A DNA stretch of 64,000 nucleotides from contig NC_068982.1 of assembly GCF_001194135.2 (NCBI RefSeq), positions 182,532,427 through 182,596,426 on the forward strand, read 5' to 3'. Within the stretch, counting starts at the first letter, position 1. Every line of letters begins with the position of its first letter. Below are positions 1 to 12,810 of this stretch, piece after piece. The stretch comes from Octopus bimaculoides (lineage: Eukaryota). Both the position numbers and the translations under genes were made by a program. The notes below the pieces were generated by a model that saw only the letters and a program-made list of their open reading frames with translations, made no database searches and was not told the origin of the DNA.

Positions 1-148
1 ATATATATATATATATATATATATATAAGGATGAGATTGTTATTTAAAATACCGATCCTATCAGGTGGCCAGCATGAGAATAAAAAGCTCAAAAGGTAAT
101 GATTATTATTAAAATTATAATTAAGGGTATCTAAGAGATGCCACCATG

Positions 149-264
149 CTTGAAATAGCAGCCAAAACCTGACTCTAAAACCACATTAAATGTGTTTTTA
201 GTTTATTGGTGCTGTATGAACATTTAATGTGGTTTTAGAGTCAAGTTTTGGCTGCTATTTCAAA
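149..264. repeat. 116-bp near-perfect hairpin (MITE-like)
   Basis: 149-193 CTTGAAATAGCAGCCAAAACCTGACTCTAAAACCACATTAAATGT is the reverse complement of 220-264 with 1 mismatch; 26-nt spacer. Confidence 0.9.
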
Positions 265-469
265 GAAAAGAAAACTAAAAGTGGTATCCTCTTTGCCCAC
301 CGAAATCATAATTAATATGGCTGGTGTAGACAAATTAAACGGAGAGAGGAACAAAGTTTTTGAGACATCATGCTCAATCAGGAGAGGATGGTGTTCTTCA
401 CTTCGATAAAAAAAAAATTGTCGATACGCTTGAATTTGCTAAAAATCTGTCCATACGTTTGAATTTCCT

Positions 470-550
470 AAAAAAACCTAACGGCTGGAAGAAATACCGC
501 TAAACATTTTGTCCGAAACGCTAACGAATCCTCCATCTCGCCGCCTTATG
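470..550 (-). mobile_element. SINE family B, 5' head fragment
   Basis: Reverse complement ATAAGGCGGCGAGATGGAGGATTCGTTAGCG...TTTAGCGGTATTTC matches the head of the copy at 12576. Confidence 0.7.
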
Positions 551-639
551 AAAGCCAAAACTTTATTTAAAGAATATCATCAAGATATGCACCGTGTCAT
601 TTTTACGTAGGCTTGGATATCACTGAAAATGAAGGAGTT

Positions 640-825
640 TCAGAATAGTAATTGTTCAACTTGGCTGCAACTGTACATATACTCAGAGGAGGGATCGTCG
701 CTATGTTTTTTTTGGTGGTGGATGAGGCGGCGCACATTAGAGAAAATCAAGTAATCAAGCACGTTGTCGCATTGCCCACATCGCATGAAAAACATTGTCA
801 AGCTGAAAATACCTGATTCTCTCAA
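640..825 (-). other. C2H2 zinc-finger-like coding remnant (possible exon or pseudogene)
   Basis: CGQC...FSNVRRLIHHQKKH fits F-x5-L-x2-H-x3-H, but C-to-H spacing is 4 residues too long; followed by YSCSQVE, a possible broken second finger. A TTTTCAG acceptor-like site lies upstream. Confidence 0.25.
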
Positions 826-926
826 AACTCTTTCGAATTTGAAATACTACAAATGTAACAGAATCTGAGTTCTCAGACTCGGATCTCCTTCCCTTACAAT
901 CATAAACAACACTTACAGTAAAAGGT

Positions 927-1179
927 CTAATTTTCTATTGCTTGAGGTCTCTGGTAGGGCTTCGAACAGCTTGTATAAAGCAAATCAACAATAACGTAAA
1001 TACCAGCAACAACCACGATGACGATGCTGACGATGATGATTTCTTTATAAATGATATAAGAAGCGGACTGATAAATGTTGAAAACTGTTGAAACAGAGGT
1101 AGGGAATTCATGCAAGCATATTGCTGAGTGTGATGTGGTGTTTTCGTTTTCATAGCAGTACATGGAAAGGAGATTGCAG
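927..1179 (-). CDS. Candidate terminal exon of a single-pass membrane protein
   Basis: Acceptor-like TTTTCTTTCACCACTTCAG then open frame CNLLSMYCYENE...AICLHEFP...IIIVSIVIVVVAGIYVIVDLLY...QAIEN*. The hydrophobic run coincides with degenerate ATC/GTT triplet repeats, so it may be fortuitous. Confidence 0.25.
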
Positions 1180-1329
1180 CTGAAGTGGTGAAAGAAAAGT
1201 CTTTCAGTCGCAGCTAGAAAGCAACAATACGAATAGAAATAATTACGAAGAAAAAGTTTTTTTTCTTTTTTTCATAATGTAACAAAATCAAAAGTTATTT
1301 CAACATCCGAAATAAAAGGAGTTTTGCTG

Positions 1330-1810
1330 AGAGAGATATGGGTTTTAAACTTAGCTGCGTATAGGTTTTAATCTTAGCATCAAGCAATCAAAACATGATA
1401 CACCAGGAAGAAAATAGCTAAGACGTTTCTGTTGCATTTAGGATGTGCAGTGAAAAGAAAACGACAGTCACGCAAACTATTACGGAATGATAGAAGCCTA
1501 CTCAGACTCTTCATAAAACTGGAAACATATCAAACTGGCTATATTAATTTGGCAAATCTATGAAGTAATTTGGATGTGGAAAATATGCGAAAGTGATGTA
1601 ACCATAAAAATAGACCACGTCGTTGAAATCGATCCTGGAAAGTTTATATATGATATGGAAATTCAAATGGATAAGCAAATACAACATTTCAGACAGACTT
1701 TGTCATACTAAAAAATTAAGAGATAGTCCGTTGCTTCATCGATACTACTTGCCCGTTTGAAATTAGGGTGGTAAAGTAGGAACGTGAGTAAATGTAACAA
1801 GTTATGCAAT
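1330..1810 (+). mobile_element. Dong/R4-type non-LTR retrotransposon, decayed 3' part (CCHC knuckle + restriction-like endonuclease)
   Basis: Translation across stops/frameshifts: RMCSEKKTTVTQTITE**KPTQTLHK (CRxC..ETVxHIxSEC motif), VVEIDPGKFIYDMEIQMDKQIQH, DFVIL, FIDTTCPFEIRVVK (PD..D core). Confidence 0.75.
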
Positions 1811-2604
1811 AGATATTCTAGTTGCCATCTAATTATACAACTCAGTCGACACAATCCATTCATTTCACAGTAAACACTGCGCCATTAAAACATAACATCT
1901 ATCATACAGCAAACATTATCCAAGAAAATAACACAAACGCTGTTGCATATAACCTGTACAATAGAGAAAACACTGTAATACGAGCAACTTACAATTATGT
2001 AACACTGAAGTGGGCTAAAAAGCGACTTTAGAATCCTAAAACACAATGCAGTACACATGGGAAAATTAGGTGTGCCTAATAGTGAAGTATAAACACATTC
2101 TGGGCATGATTAGTTTTCAGAGACAGGTGGACGAAGGACAGGGGAGAATTGAGAGAAAATATAACATGCACATCACAAATATACTGAAACGCAAAAGAAA
2201 TGCATTTTTTAAAATGTTATTTTTATATGGTAAATTCTGAAAATTTATTTCGGTGATGTAATTGTAAATATTCCAAGAGGTGCTGATTTATCGCTAAGAC
2301 CCAAATTGCAGGTAACCTTTCAAACGAGACGCCAAAATACAGCTGCGTTGAATTCCGTGTCAGTCGCAAAGGATTGTCATGAAAACTGAAATGCACGTGC
2401 ATCTTGTGGAGGTTATTGTTGTAAAAATCAACTTGAACCGCGTTCCTGGCATTCATAATTTGGAAGCCATTAGTATAAGTTGGTTATGTTGGAAGAGGTC
2501 TATCATTGTTACTGTTGAGTACTGTTTGATTTGTTTGCTTTTTTTGTGATTGACTGTTTTGTGTCAATGAATTGTTTTCTGTGCTTTTGTGTATGTAAGT
2601 TTCA

Positions 2605-3230
2605 GTCGGCGGAGCTGGCGCTTCTGCCGACTTACCTAGGAAGAAGAACAACACAAATTGTGATTGAGGAGTACCCACCTGAAATAAGGCCAGCGTGGCT
2701 CTTGGCATTCGTATGTGTGGATATAAATGATGAGGTGACCCTTCTTGAATTCGAAGATAACGCCGTACAAAACTGGCGCGGTAAAAGTTTGAGCGCAACA
2801 GTACAGGACAGTACAGGCTACGCGTAGAGACCTGAAGGAGATTCCAGAATCCGTCATTTTGCCTGACGATACAAAGTTGAGAGTTACAGTCCAGAGCAGA
2901 AGCCTAAGGTACTTCAGGTGCGTACTGAAAGGCCACATGAAAAGCCTGCAACCTGGAGCATATACGGTAGCGTAGAAGGAGGGAAGAAAAGCACCAGATG
3001 TACAACAGAATGAAAGAAAGAAAAAAGACACCAGAAGAAGGAGCCCCAGGGAAGAAGACGACCAAACAAAACAGTGGAGTTACCAATGGAGAAAGAGTAT
3101 GCAGCACATTAGGAAACCACAATGGATATTCCATTTTCCTCAACAGAGATAAGCGATAACGACTGGACGGTAGCAAGGAAGAAGAGAAGAAAATGATGTA
3201 CTCTTTCTCATACCAACATAAAATTTTAAT
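2605..3230 (+). mobile_element. Decayed ORF1/gag-like region of a non-LTR retrotransposon (zinc-knuckle type)
   Basis: LLPTYLGRRTTQIVIEEYPPEIRPAWLL..., then ILPDDTKLRVTVQSRSLRYFRCVLKGHMK (degenerate CX2CX4HX4C), then a basic tail DWTVARKKRRK; stops and frameshifts present; no ORF2 follows. Confidence 0.6.
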
Positions 3231-3419
3231 CGATCGTACACAGAACAATTCGAATCTAAGCGCCAAAACATGTACAGCAATGACACCGAAATAAAATAAT
3301 AATAGTACATTCCCGTCACCTCACAGCAAAGAAACATCAGAGAGTCAAATTAAATAATGACTTTTTTTTGTTACCATACAGAGGCTTTAGAAAAACATAT
3401 TCTCACAAGTTCAATGATG

Positions 3420-4804
3420 TTACATGGGTCGTGGGGCCCGGGTAATCATCATTTCACCTTTTGAATGTCAGCCATTCATTATCCATTTTCCATTCGTTTT
3501 TCCCCCACCATTTTGTTTGTGTTGTCTTTTCTATCCTTGTAGTGTCCAATCTATATCTCATCCCTTTGTGAAGAATAAAGAACAGATTCGTAATTTAGAC
3601 GTATCAGCTATGATGTGATTGTTAGCAGCGTAGAGAGAACAAGCTATCAACCGATTGCAAGCAGAGCAGCCTGCTCTGGTTGTTGCGAAAGCTTATAGTG
3701 TCCATGTCAGCGCCATCTATCGCCTGCAACAGCGATACAACACAAACAGCAATGAAGACCATGCCCATAAAGGCCGCACCAGGGTGACTTCGCCTAGGAA
3801 GCACCGGCTCATCCACCTGCAACACCTCTGTGATCGCTTCAGACCGGTCAGCGCGACAGCTCGCTAGACCATTGGCACTGGACAGCGACCCATCAGCGAC
3901 GACACGGTATGAAGTCGACTGACCGCCAACAATCTGCGTTGCCGTCGTCCTGATTGAGGGCCTGTCATCATCTCCACCCCGCCACCTTTAAGCACGACTA
4001 CAGTGGGCTAGACAGCACTGACATTGGCGGCATCAACATTGGAGGTCCATAGTCTTTTCCGACGGGAGCCGGTACTGCATTTCCCCCTCGGATGGAATAG
4101 TGAGGGTGTGGTGTAGGAGGGGTCAACGCTACAGAAATGCATGTGTCATGGAGAGAGACCAAAGCATTATGGTTTGAGGAGAATTGAGTCTCATGTGTTC
4201 CAAACTTTTGCTGCAGGCAGAGTGAATGACTTCACAGCGCAACGCTATGTTGACCAGATCTTAAGACCTAACATTGTTCCCTTCTTCGCACGTCACTATA
4301 GCCACGCCTTCCAGCAGGACAATGCTCCCTCCCACACGGCCAAAGTCACCATGGGCTTCCTGCGTCAGCACAACATCGGAACAATGCAGTGCCTCTGCCT
4401 CTCAGCCCAGATTTGAACACAGTTGAACACCTGTGGGATGAAATCCAGAGTCGGCCGAACTAGGTTACCCAAGGCCGAAAAACTCGTGTGGAACTGAAGG
4501 AAGCTTTCCTCATGGTATAGGCACAGGTCCACTGGCTTTTGTGAACCGCCTCATGTACTCCATGTACCGACGGTGTAACGCTTTGAACACTCAGGGAGGG
4601 CATACCCGGTATTGAACATGTCACGCCATACAATCTCAATGTGCTGGATCCGCCCACAACCAGAACTCATGACCCATAGACTATGCTCAAAGTACATCCA
4701 AGAAATTGGCTTTATCAGGTTTGTCAAAATTTACCTCTGACATAATGAAATTAAAACATATTTCACAGTCACACAAGTCTCGCGTTTTTTTTTTCGGTTC
4801 AGTG
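3420..4804 (+). mobile_element. Tc1 DNA transposon (right end preserved, left end not identified)
   Basis: Contains the transposase above and ends ...CGGTTCAGTG followed by TA (4805-4806), as expected for a Tc1 right TIR plus TA target. Confidence 0.75.
3610..4615 (+). pseudogene. Tc1-family (DD34E) transposase pseudogene
   Basis: HTH N-terminus REQAINRLQA..VAKAYSVHVSAIYRLQQRY..GRTRVTS; catalytic motifs FSDGSR, FQQDNAPSHTA, SPDLNTVEHLWD; C-terminus RRCNALNTQGGHTRY*; several stops and frameshifts. Confidence 0.92.
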
Positions 4805-5635
4805 TATGAAGAGAACATGACTGCTGTTAATGGTCAGACTTTGGGAAATGTTCAGCTCCAAATGAGCTGTGATCCACCAGAACTATGATTAAAGGATTTC
4901 CCTTCATAACCATTTCACTTTTTATGACTATTTCTTTCAAAAACGATAGAGTAATTTCTAAAACATTGCTGCTATTTTTAGCATGTATTGCGACTGCATT
5001 GAGTCTTTTCCACTGCTGGGTGTATATTTAAATGCACAATGCTATGTTTAAGCATGCTGAACTTAAAACACTTGTATGTCTATGTAATGCGCTAAGAGGC
5101 TGTGAGAAGTAAGAAATATTCGAGATGGGTCTCTTAAAAATTATCATANNNNNNNNNNNNNNNNNNNNNNNNNNNNNNNNNNNNNNNNNNNNNNNNNNNN
5201 NNNNNNNNNNNNNNNNNNNNNNNNNNNNNNNNNNNNNNNNNNNNNNNNNNNNNNNNNNNNNNNNNNNNNNNNNNNNNNNNNNNNNNNNNNNNNNNNNNNN
5301 NNNNNNNNNNNNNNNNNNNNNNNNNNNNNNNNNNNNNNNNNNNNNNNNNNNNNNNNNNNNNNNNNNNNNNNNNNNNNNNNNNNNNNNNNNNNNNNNNNNN
5401 NNNNNNNNNNNNNNNNNNNNNNNNNNNNNNNNNNNNNNNNNNNNNNNNNNNNNNNNNNNNNNNNNNNNNNNNNNNNNNNNNNNNNNNNNNNNNNNNNNNN
5501 NNNNNNNNNNNNNNNNNNNNNNNNNNNNNNNNNNNNNNNNNNNNNNNNNNNNNNNNNNNNNNNNNNNNNNNNNNNNNNNNNNNNNNNNNNNNNNNNNNNN
5601 NNNNNNNNNNNNNNNNNNNNNNNNNNNNNNNNNNN

Positions 5636-5688
<53 letters not shown>

Positions 5689-6944
5689 TGTATATATACA
5701 TACACACAAATATATAAGTTTATGTTCACATTTATATCTACATACATGACTCTCTGTGTGTGTGTATGTGTGTGCATGTGGGTGTATTTATGTCTAGTTA
5801 TTTATATATATATGTATATGTAGCATGTATGTTTGTTTCTATGTATGTGTATGTATGTGTATATATGTGTATGTATATATGTATATTTATATCCAAACAG
5901 AACTTAATAATGAATAAAATAAGCAGAAGAGTTCAATGTTTATTTTCAATGGGTAATAGTGACTGTGAAATTTCGCCAAAGGTAGCTGTTTCAACTATAG
6001 AGAGATAAAGGGAAATCCTATTATGAAAACATCTATAAGGTATCGCGGTTGAGGGAATTTTTTTTTATGGATTACTACAATTACAGATAGCAAATAGATA
6101 TTGTTTGTTTACAATTTATGTGACCAAAAACATTATAACAAATACGGGGTTAGAACGATTATGAGAGTGGAGGCATGATAATGTGTGAGTTTGCACATGC
6201 AGATGTACGCGTGTGCATGTATGTACATGCGTGAGTTTGTACATGCGGGCGTATGCCTGTCCATGTGTGTCCATGTGTGTCCATGTGTGTGGTTGCATAC
6301 GCAGGTGTATGCGTGTCAATTTGCGCTCGTATGGAGGATGCGTGTGTGGCGTAATAACGTGCGTCTACGTGTCTGTGAAATGGCCGTTTCTATTGTATGT
6401 GTGCATGTATGTGTATGTATATGTATATATGACTTGAAGACATGAAAAGAGAATCCTTAAAATTTCAAACGTTAATAAAGGATGTAATTATTTCATACTA
6501 AGAATAATTAGTTTTGCAGATTTGCTGTAGAACTATTTTAGTTAGATGTGTATAAATAATTTCAGTTTTCCAAAATAAAACTTTAGCTCTAAATAGAAAG
6601 GAAGCACAACAATCAAAGTAAATGGATAATATAATATTTTAAATACTGCTTACTAAAAACACGATCGAAATTCTATGTTTAATGTGTAATTCATTTTAGT
6701 TAAAGTAACAAGGAACTATATGAAGGAAGGAAGAATATGTGATTACTAATATGCATGTTCGTTCTATTTTCGATGATATAAAATTATACAGGAAGACTAA
6801 TCAAGTTTAATAGTTTTAAAAATATTTTTCTTGTGAAACCAATGGAAATTCTGATTGCGCATGAATTTGTGATGAAGAGAGTGTGTGAAAATGCTAGGCA
6901 AGCGCGGTGGAGGAGGAAAGCAAAATCATATTAACATGCACATG

Positions 6945-7033
6945 CATACATACATATATACATACATACATGCATACATACATACATACATACATACATG
7001 CATACATACATGCATACATACATACATACATAC
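6945..7033. repeat. (CATA)n microsatellite
   Basis: Direct reading; it is the internal microsatellite of the adjacent SINE A. Confidence 0.9.
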
Positions 7034-7158
7034 GACGGGCTTTTTTCAGTTTCCGTCTACCAAACCCACTCACTTGCCCAAGGTGTCACGCAGTAAGACT
7101 GAACCCGGAATCATGTAGTCGGAAAGCAACCTTCTATCGACATAGCCACGCCTGCACC
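7030..7158 (-). mobile_element. SINE family A, 5' half
   Basis: CGACGGGCTTTTTTCAGTTTCCGTCTACCAAA...ACTGAACCCGGAATCATGT matches 28056-28200; B-box-like GGTTCAGTC on the minus strand. Confidence 0.85.
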
Positions 7159-7299
7159 TATATGCAAAGAAATAAGTACATTGCTGTTATTTTCTAGAAA
7201 CAAAGAATGGAGCTAAGTTTGAAATTTATACTAATAATTATTTTAAATTTTTACCACAAGTGCAGCTTGGGGGAGGTGGGGATCCGGGTTTTAGTTTCG

Positions 7300-7423
7300 C
7301 AAGATCTTGATTGTGTCGAGAACGATGAGGACTTTTTGAAAACTTTGCGTAGGCTTCTGCGCATATATCGCCAAGCTTTTAGCAAAATTTGATGCAGGTT
7401 ATCTGCTCAACTTTCTCTGTCAT
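7300..7423 (-). pseudogene. Mariner transposase 5' fragment
   Basis: Minus-strand translation from 7423: MTEKVEQITCIKFC*KLGDICAEAYAKF, the typical mariner N-terminus (EQRxxIKFCxKLG). Confidence 0.7.
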
Positions 7424-8643
7424 GGTCAATGCGACGGTCACACGCTACACACCTTCCTCCTAAGCACTGCAGTAAACAGCGGAGGTGAGCTAGAACGTTA
7501 AAAGTTAGCACTGATGTACAGTAGAGGTGAAGGTCAATTCGTGCCAAGTGGTTTCACTCTGCGTGCTTTAAGTCCGGGTACTTATTGATGAGACCACACA
7601 CTCACACATGTATGTATATATATTTATACATCTATGTATGTATATTTGTATGTATGTATATCTATATCAATCTATCTATATCTATCTATCTATATCTATC
7701 TATCTGCTTATCTACCTATATTTGTCTCAGAAACAATCTGAAATGATGAGAGATCCAAAGTGATTTACTCATTTGTGTTCAGCTTTAATGTGTTTGTAAC
7801 AATACAAATGAATATAAACGTCACATAATAGAACAAAAATGCGCTGAATGAGTATAGAAACAGAGTCCCGATCAATTGTATCTTTATTACCTCTTACTGA
7901 GAGAAAGACAAGTTGTACTCATTGTTAATTATATACCAACACTATACCCACTAACTAATCGATCTAATACGCGTGGACGTAATTAAATTTAGATATTGAT
8001 TTAAATATATTGCACTTGTTCGTCCGATGCGTGTGTTTCCTGAACTGATAATTTCTTCAATATACTAATCACCAACTATATATCAAGTAAAGAGTCATCC
8101 AGCAATAGTCTCCACCTTCACCAATAGAGCTATGTAAACGCTAATCACCCAATATGTCCAAAATGTTCTTGTCATTTATAATGTAATGACAATGCGTATT
8201 GAGAGCATGGTCACGTATCAATACGTAATATATTATTATTAAATAACTTTCAAACAAAAATTGAAAAAAAAAGAAAAAATTACATACCGTTATGTAGGTT
8301 TAATAGGATCTATATGTTTTCTATATCTGGTCTATAAAAATAACATTGGTGATGAAAATGACAATTAGATAATATAATCTGTGTACGTATAACAGTACTC
8401 ACACAAACACACACGTTTTTACACACGCTTTCGCATATAGACATACAATGCACGTGCACACGCAAACACAAACACACGCTTGCACATACAGGGATATAGA
8501 AACACGCGCGCTCACAGTTAGAAACATTTGCATACATATAAACAGACATTCACATATATACGCATATTCATACATATATACGTATACATACACACACATA
8601 TATACACACATACACACACATACATATATATACATACACACAG

Positions 8644-8706
<63 letters not shown>

Positions 8707-8882
8707 NNNNNNNNNNNNNNNNNNNNNNNNNNNNNNNNNNNNNNNNNNNNNNNNNNNNNNNNNNNNNNNNNNNNNNNNNNNNNNNNNNNNNNNNNNNNNN
8801 NNNNNNNNNNNNNNNNNNNNNNNNNNNNNNNNNNNNNNNNNNNNNNNNNNNNNNNNNNNNNNNNNNNNNNNNNNNNNNNNNN

Positions 8883-8937
<55 letters not shown>

Positions 8938-9339
8938 GCATGTATGTATGTATGTAGATATGTATGTATGTATGTCTATTTATATGTGGAAACTCACTAA
9001 TGTACGTTCATAAATGTGCTTACATTTATGTAGAAATATATATGCAAACGCAAATATGCACATATTTTGCATGTGTGCACGCATTCATGTATCGTGGATG
9101 AGTTGTTGTCAATGTCAGTTTCGTTTCTGATGATCGCTATTTTATGATTTTCTAAAGTATCAAATAAATAGCCACACATTAATGTAATGTCTGAAAGTTG
9201 TCATATTTTTACCTGAAATTACACTTAATGTTATTAAAACTAATTTTAAAATTGCTTTTCTTATTTTCTTCTTTTTCTTCCACATTACATTCTCGAATGC
9301 TTTCTATTTATGAACTGATTTTTCTATTTTCCCCAGTCA

Positions 9340-9609
9340 ATCTAACTTTGAATATGTACCCCACCTCTCTCATTCTATCTCTTTCTCTCTCTCCCTTTCT
9401 CGCTCTCTCCCCATTGTCTATTATTAATTACTTTCTGTTTTTTCGCTTGCTTTCTTGTTCCGCTTTTCCCTTATTTTATCTATCTTTTTCTCTATCTCTC
9501 TTAGCCTGTCTATATCTAGATTTATGTATTTATGCCTCTTACTTACTCTTTTCTCTCTGTCTGCATCTCTCTCTTTCTATCCCTCCCTCTTTCACTCTCT
9601 CACTCTCTC

Positions 9610-9664
<55 letters not shown>

Positions 9665-9844
9665 TTCTCTCTCGCTCGCTCTCTCTCGCTCGATCTTTCT
9701 CGTTGTCTATGTACGTATATGAATCACTGTCTTCTCTACTTCTCTCATTCCTCAATCTCTGTGTCTGTTATCCTGTTGTCTTCTGCATACCTATGCACCA
9801 CTGATTCCTTCCGACCGTAATCTCTCTCTCTCTCTTTCTCTCTC

Positions 9845-9929
<85 letters not shown>

Positions 9930-10260
9930 GTCTCGCTCTCTCTGTCTCGCTCCCTCTTTCTCTCTCATTCCCTCTCCCCCTCTCTCCCTCTCTCCGTGAA
10001 TGTGTGTGTTTATATCTTTCTGTTTTCTATTTCTTTATCTTTCTATATTTATTTCTGTACCCACCCCACAAATGTGTCTCTGTTTTCCTTCGTCTGTATC
10101 CTCTACGATTTTTTTTTCTATTTCTGTATTTATTTATATCAATTTCTCTCCCTTTTCTTTCTCTGTTTTCCTTCTCATTCTCTTTATATCTCTTCGTTTT
10201 TCTCGCTCACTTTGTCTTACCCTTTCCCTTTCTGCTATCATTCACAATTTTTCCCTCCTA
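9340..10260. repeat. Long polypyrimidine/(CT)n tract
   Basis: Pure (CT)n at about 9610-9670 and 9820-9960 within about 0.9 kb of C/T-rich sequence. Confidence 0.9.
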
Positions 10261-12183
10261 CCATTGTATCTTCGAATCTAAATATTTTCCATATGTTGTT
10301 GTTATTCCCATGCTGTTTTTGTTGTTACTGTTATTTGTCCATAAATTTGCTAATTTCATTATTATAACGCAAAGTAATCAATAAAAAATGCCAAATTTGG
10401 CCTTATCCTTCGATGATGATTTTTCCTCTTAACAATCTTTATTAAATTTATCAAACATGAACATGAAGAATATAAAGAACAAGACAATTATCAACTTTTC
10501 ACGTATCTATATCTAAGAGCAAATCGGTTTGTTTTCCCCAGCGGAATTAATATATTTCGGTTTGGATTGATAATTAATTTGTATCATTTCCTGACCCTAC
10601 TTTATTAGAATTGATTTTCATTCGGGAATATAATGAAGGCATTAACGAAACTTAACTTTTATATTATTTTTGTTTGTTTTTTTCTTCCTGCTAAAGATGA
10701 TATTTTCTGTTAATTTATTTCAAAATATATTTCGGGGTCAGCTTTTGCATCGGGATGAAAATTAAATGAAAATTCAGTAACTAATGTCACCAATGAAATG
10801 AAGAATAGAAATTTTTTAAGGAAAAGAAAATCACTCGAAATTGCAACGTGATGTTAGCTCTCTAACCGGTTATATCACATGTATCGATTCGATGTATAAT
10901 TAAAAATTTCCATGGAAACGTTCAGGTTTGATCTCTGGCCCCACAATAATGAGTGACCTTTCGGCCGTCACTTATTGTCACTCAAATGCATAATAAGATT
11001 AATAAAAACAATAATTAACAATCTTTTATTCTAGCAATTTCTATCAGTTCCATTCCTTAGCAACCAGCGTATTAAAGAAAGATAATCTTTGAAAGTAATG
11101 GTTATTTTTATGTTCAAAATTCCAACATTGACAAACGAGATGTTTTATTGTTCGACAGAAGGAATATATTAGTCAACCACGCAAAAGTACTTATTGTACA
11201 ACCCCGCTACCACTATCCATCACCCACCATCACTGTGACACTTATCTTTATAATAATGATATTCTCATCTGAGCAACCTGCTAAAAATAGCATCTAATTT
11301 CCCTCAAATCAAAGCCTAACATCTTCAATAAGAGAATAATGTAATTCTCTATATTACTAAAAAGAAAGAATGGTCACAGTTAGAAAGTCTTTAATCGCAG
11401 ACACTGTTGAATGGAGGACGATTTACAGCTAAAGAACAACCATAGATACAGTGTCACATTTGAAATTATTTAGAGAATTATAAAATACGTCATATTTTGT
11501 GTTTACTTTCTGTTTATCGTTGAATAATTATTGTTTGTTTGCCAGATCCTGTTCAGAAGATATGACAGCACAGAAGTTAAGAAATACGATTACCTTTTTA
11601 TTTATATTGAATCCTCTCTAAAGATTCTTTATTTATAAATCTATTTATGATATTATCAATACACTTTGGTCCCTCTTTCGATAATAAATTAGGAAAACGA
11701 TTGGATGTATCTTATGTTCGGTTGAATGTAATCAAATGCATAAGCTTACACATATTCATTCTTTCATTATACTGAGAGTTTACATTTCAGGCAACTTCAG
11801 TTTCCAAAATATTATCGAAAAGCTAGAGGAGGTGAAAATTCATAGCTGGACTTCTATGTTTTAATAACTCAACGCTAATTTCATCTTAACTAGCAGTATT
11901 AACGAACAGTAGCTCTTTAAAAGCTTCATTGCCCCAGTAAACGCCGTTCTTTCTATGGGACTGGCATTAACGGCAATGATATCGCTACTGCTGTATTTCG
12001 AATTAGCAAACAGTTGAACTATCCTTGAGTAAAGAAGATTTAGCACGACTTCAAAGTTTTCTTTCAACGGTTCTGAATGTCTTCGTTATTACTAAGACTT
12101 ATTTGTCTTTTGCATGTATGTTAGTCTTATTTGTACACTCTGCAAATTCCTCGACAGTTATGCATTTATATATATATATGTAT

Positions 12184-12222
<39 letters not shown>

Positions 12223-12575
12223 NNNNNNNNNNNNNNNNNNNNNNNNNNNNNNNNNNNNNNNNNNNNNNNNNNNNNNNNNNNNNNNNNNNNNNNNNNNNNN
12301 NNNNNNNNNNNNNNNNNNNNNNNNNNNNNNNNNNNNNNNNNNNNNNNNNNNNNNNNNNNNNNNNNNNNNNNNNNNNNNNNNNNNNNNNNNNNNNNNNNNN
12401 NNNNNNNNNNNNNNNNNNNNNNNNNNNNNNNNNNNNNNNNNNNNNNNNNNNNNNNNNNNNNNNNNNNNNNNNNNNNNNNNCTGTAGAGCTTCTTATAATT
12501 CTCACTAGCCAGATTTCTATGTCAATCTTTCGGATGTTTTACGTCTTTATCAATATTGTAATATTCACGATGAAA

Positions 12576-12785
12576 TAAGGCGGCGATTTGACAGAATCGT
12601 TAGCACGCTGCGCAAAATGCTTAGCGGTATTTCGTCTGTCTTTACGTTCTAAGTTCAAATTCCGCTGAGGTCGACTTTGCCTTTCATCCTTTCGGGGTAG
12701 ATAAATTAAGCACCAGTTGTGTAATCGACTGGCCCCCTCCCCCAAAATTTCGGACTTTGTGCCTAGAGTAAAAAAGAATATTAAC
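12576..12785 (+). mobile_element. SINE family B (tRNA-like head)
   Basis: AAGGCGGCGATTTGACAGAATCGTTAGCAC...GTTCAAATTCC (B-box-like)...TTTGCCTTTCATCCTTTCGGGG; related copies at 470, 53764 and 59200. Confidence 0.85.
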
Positions 12786-12810
12786 GATGAATATATGAAT
12801 ATGTAAATAA

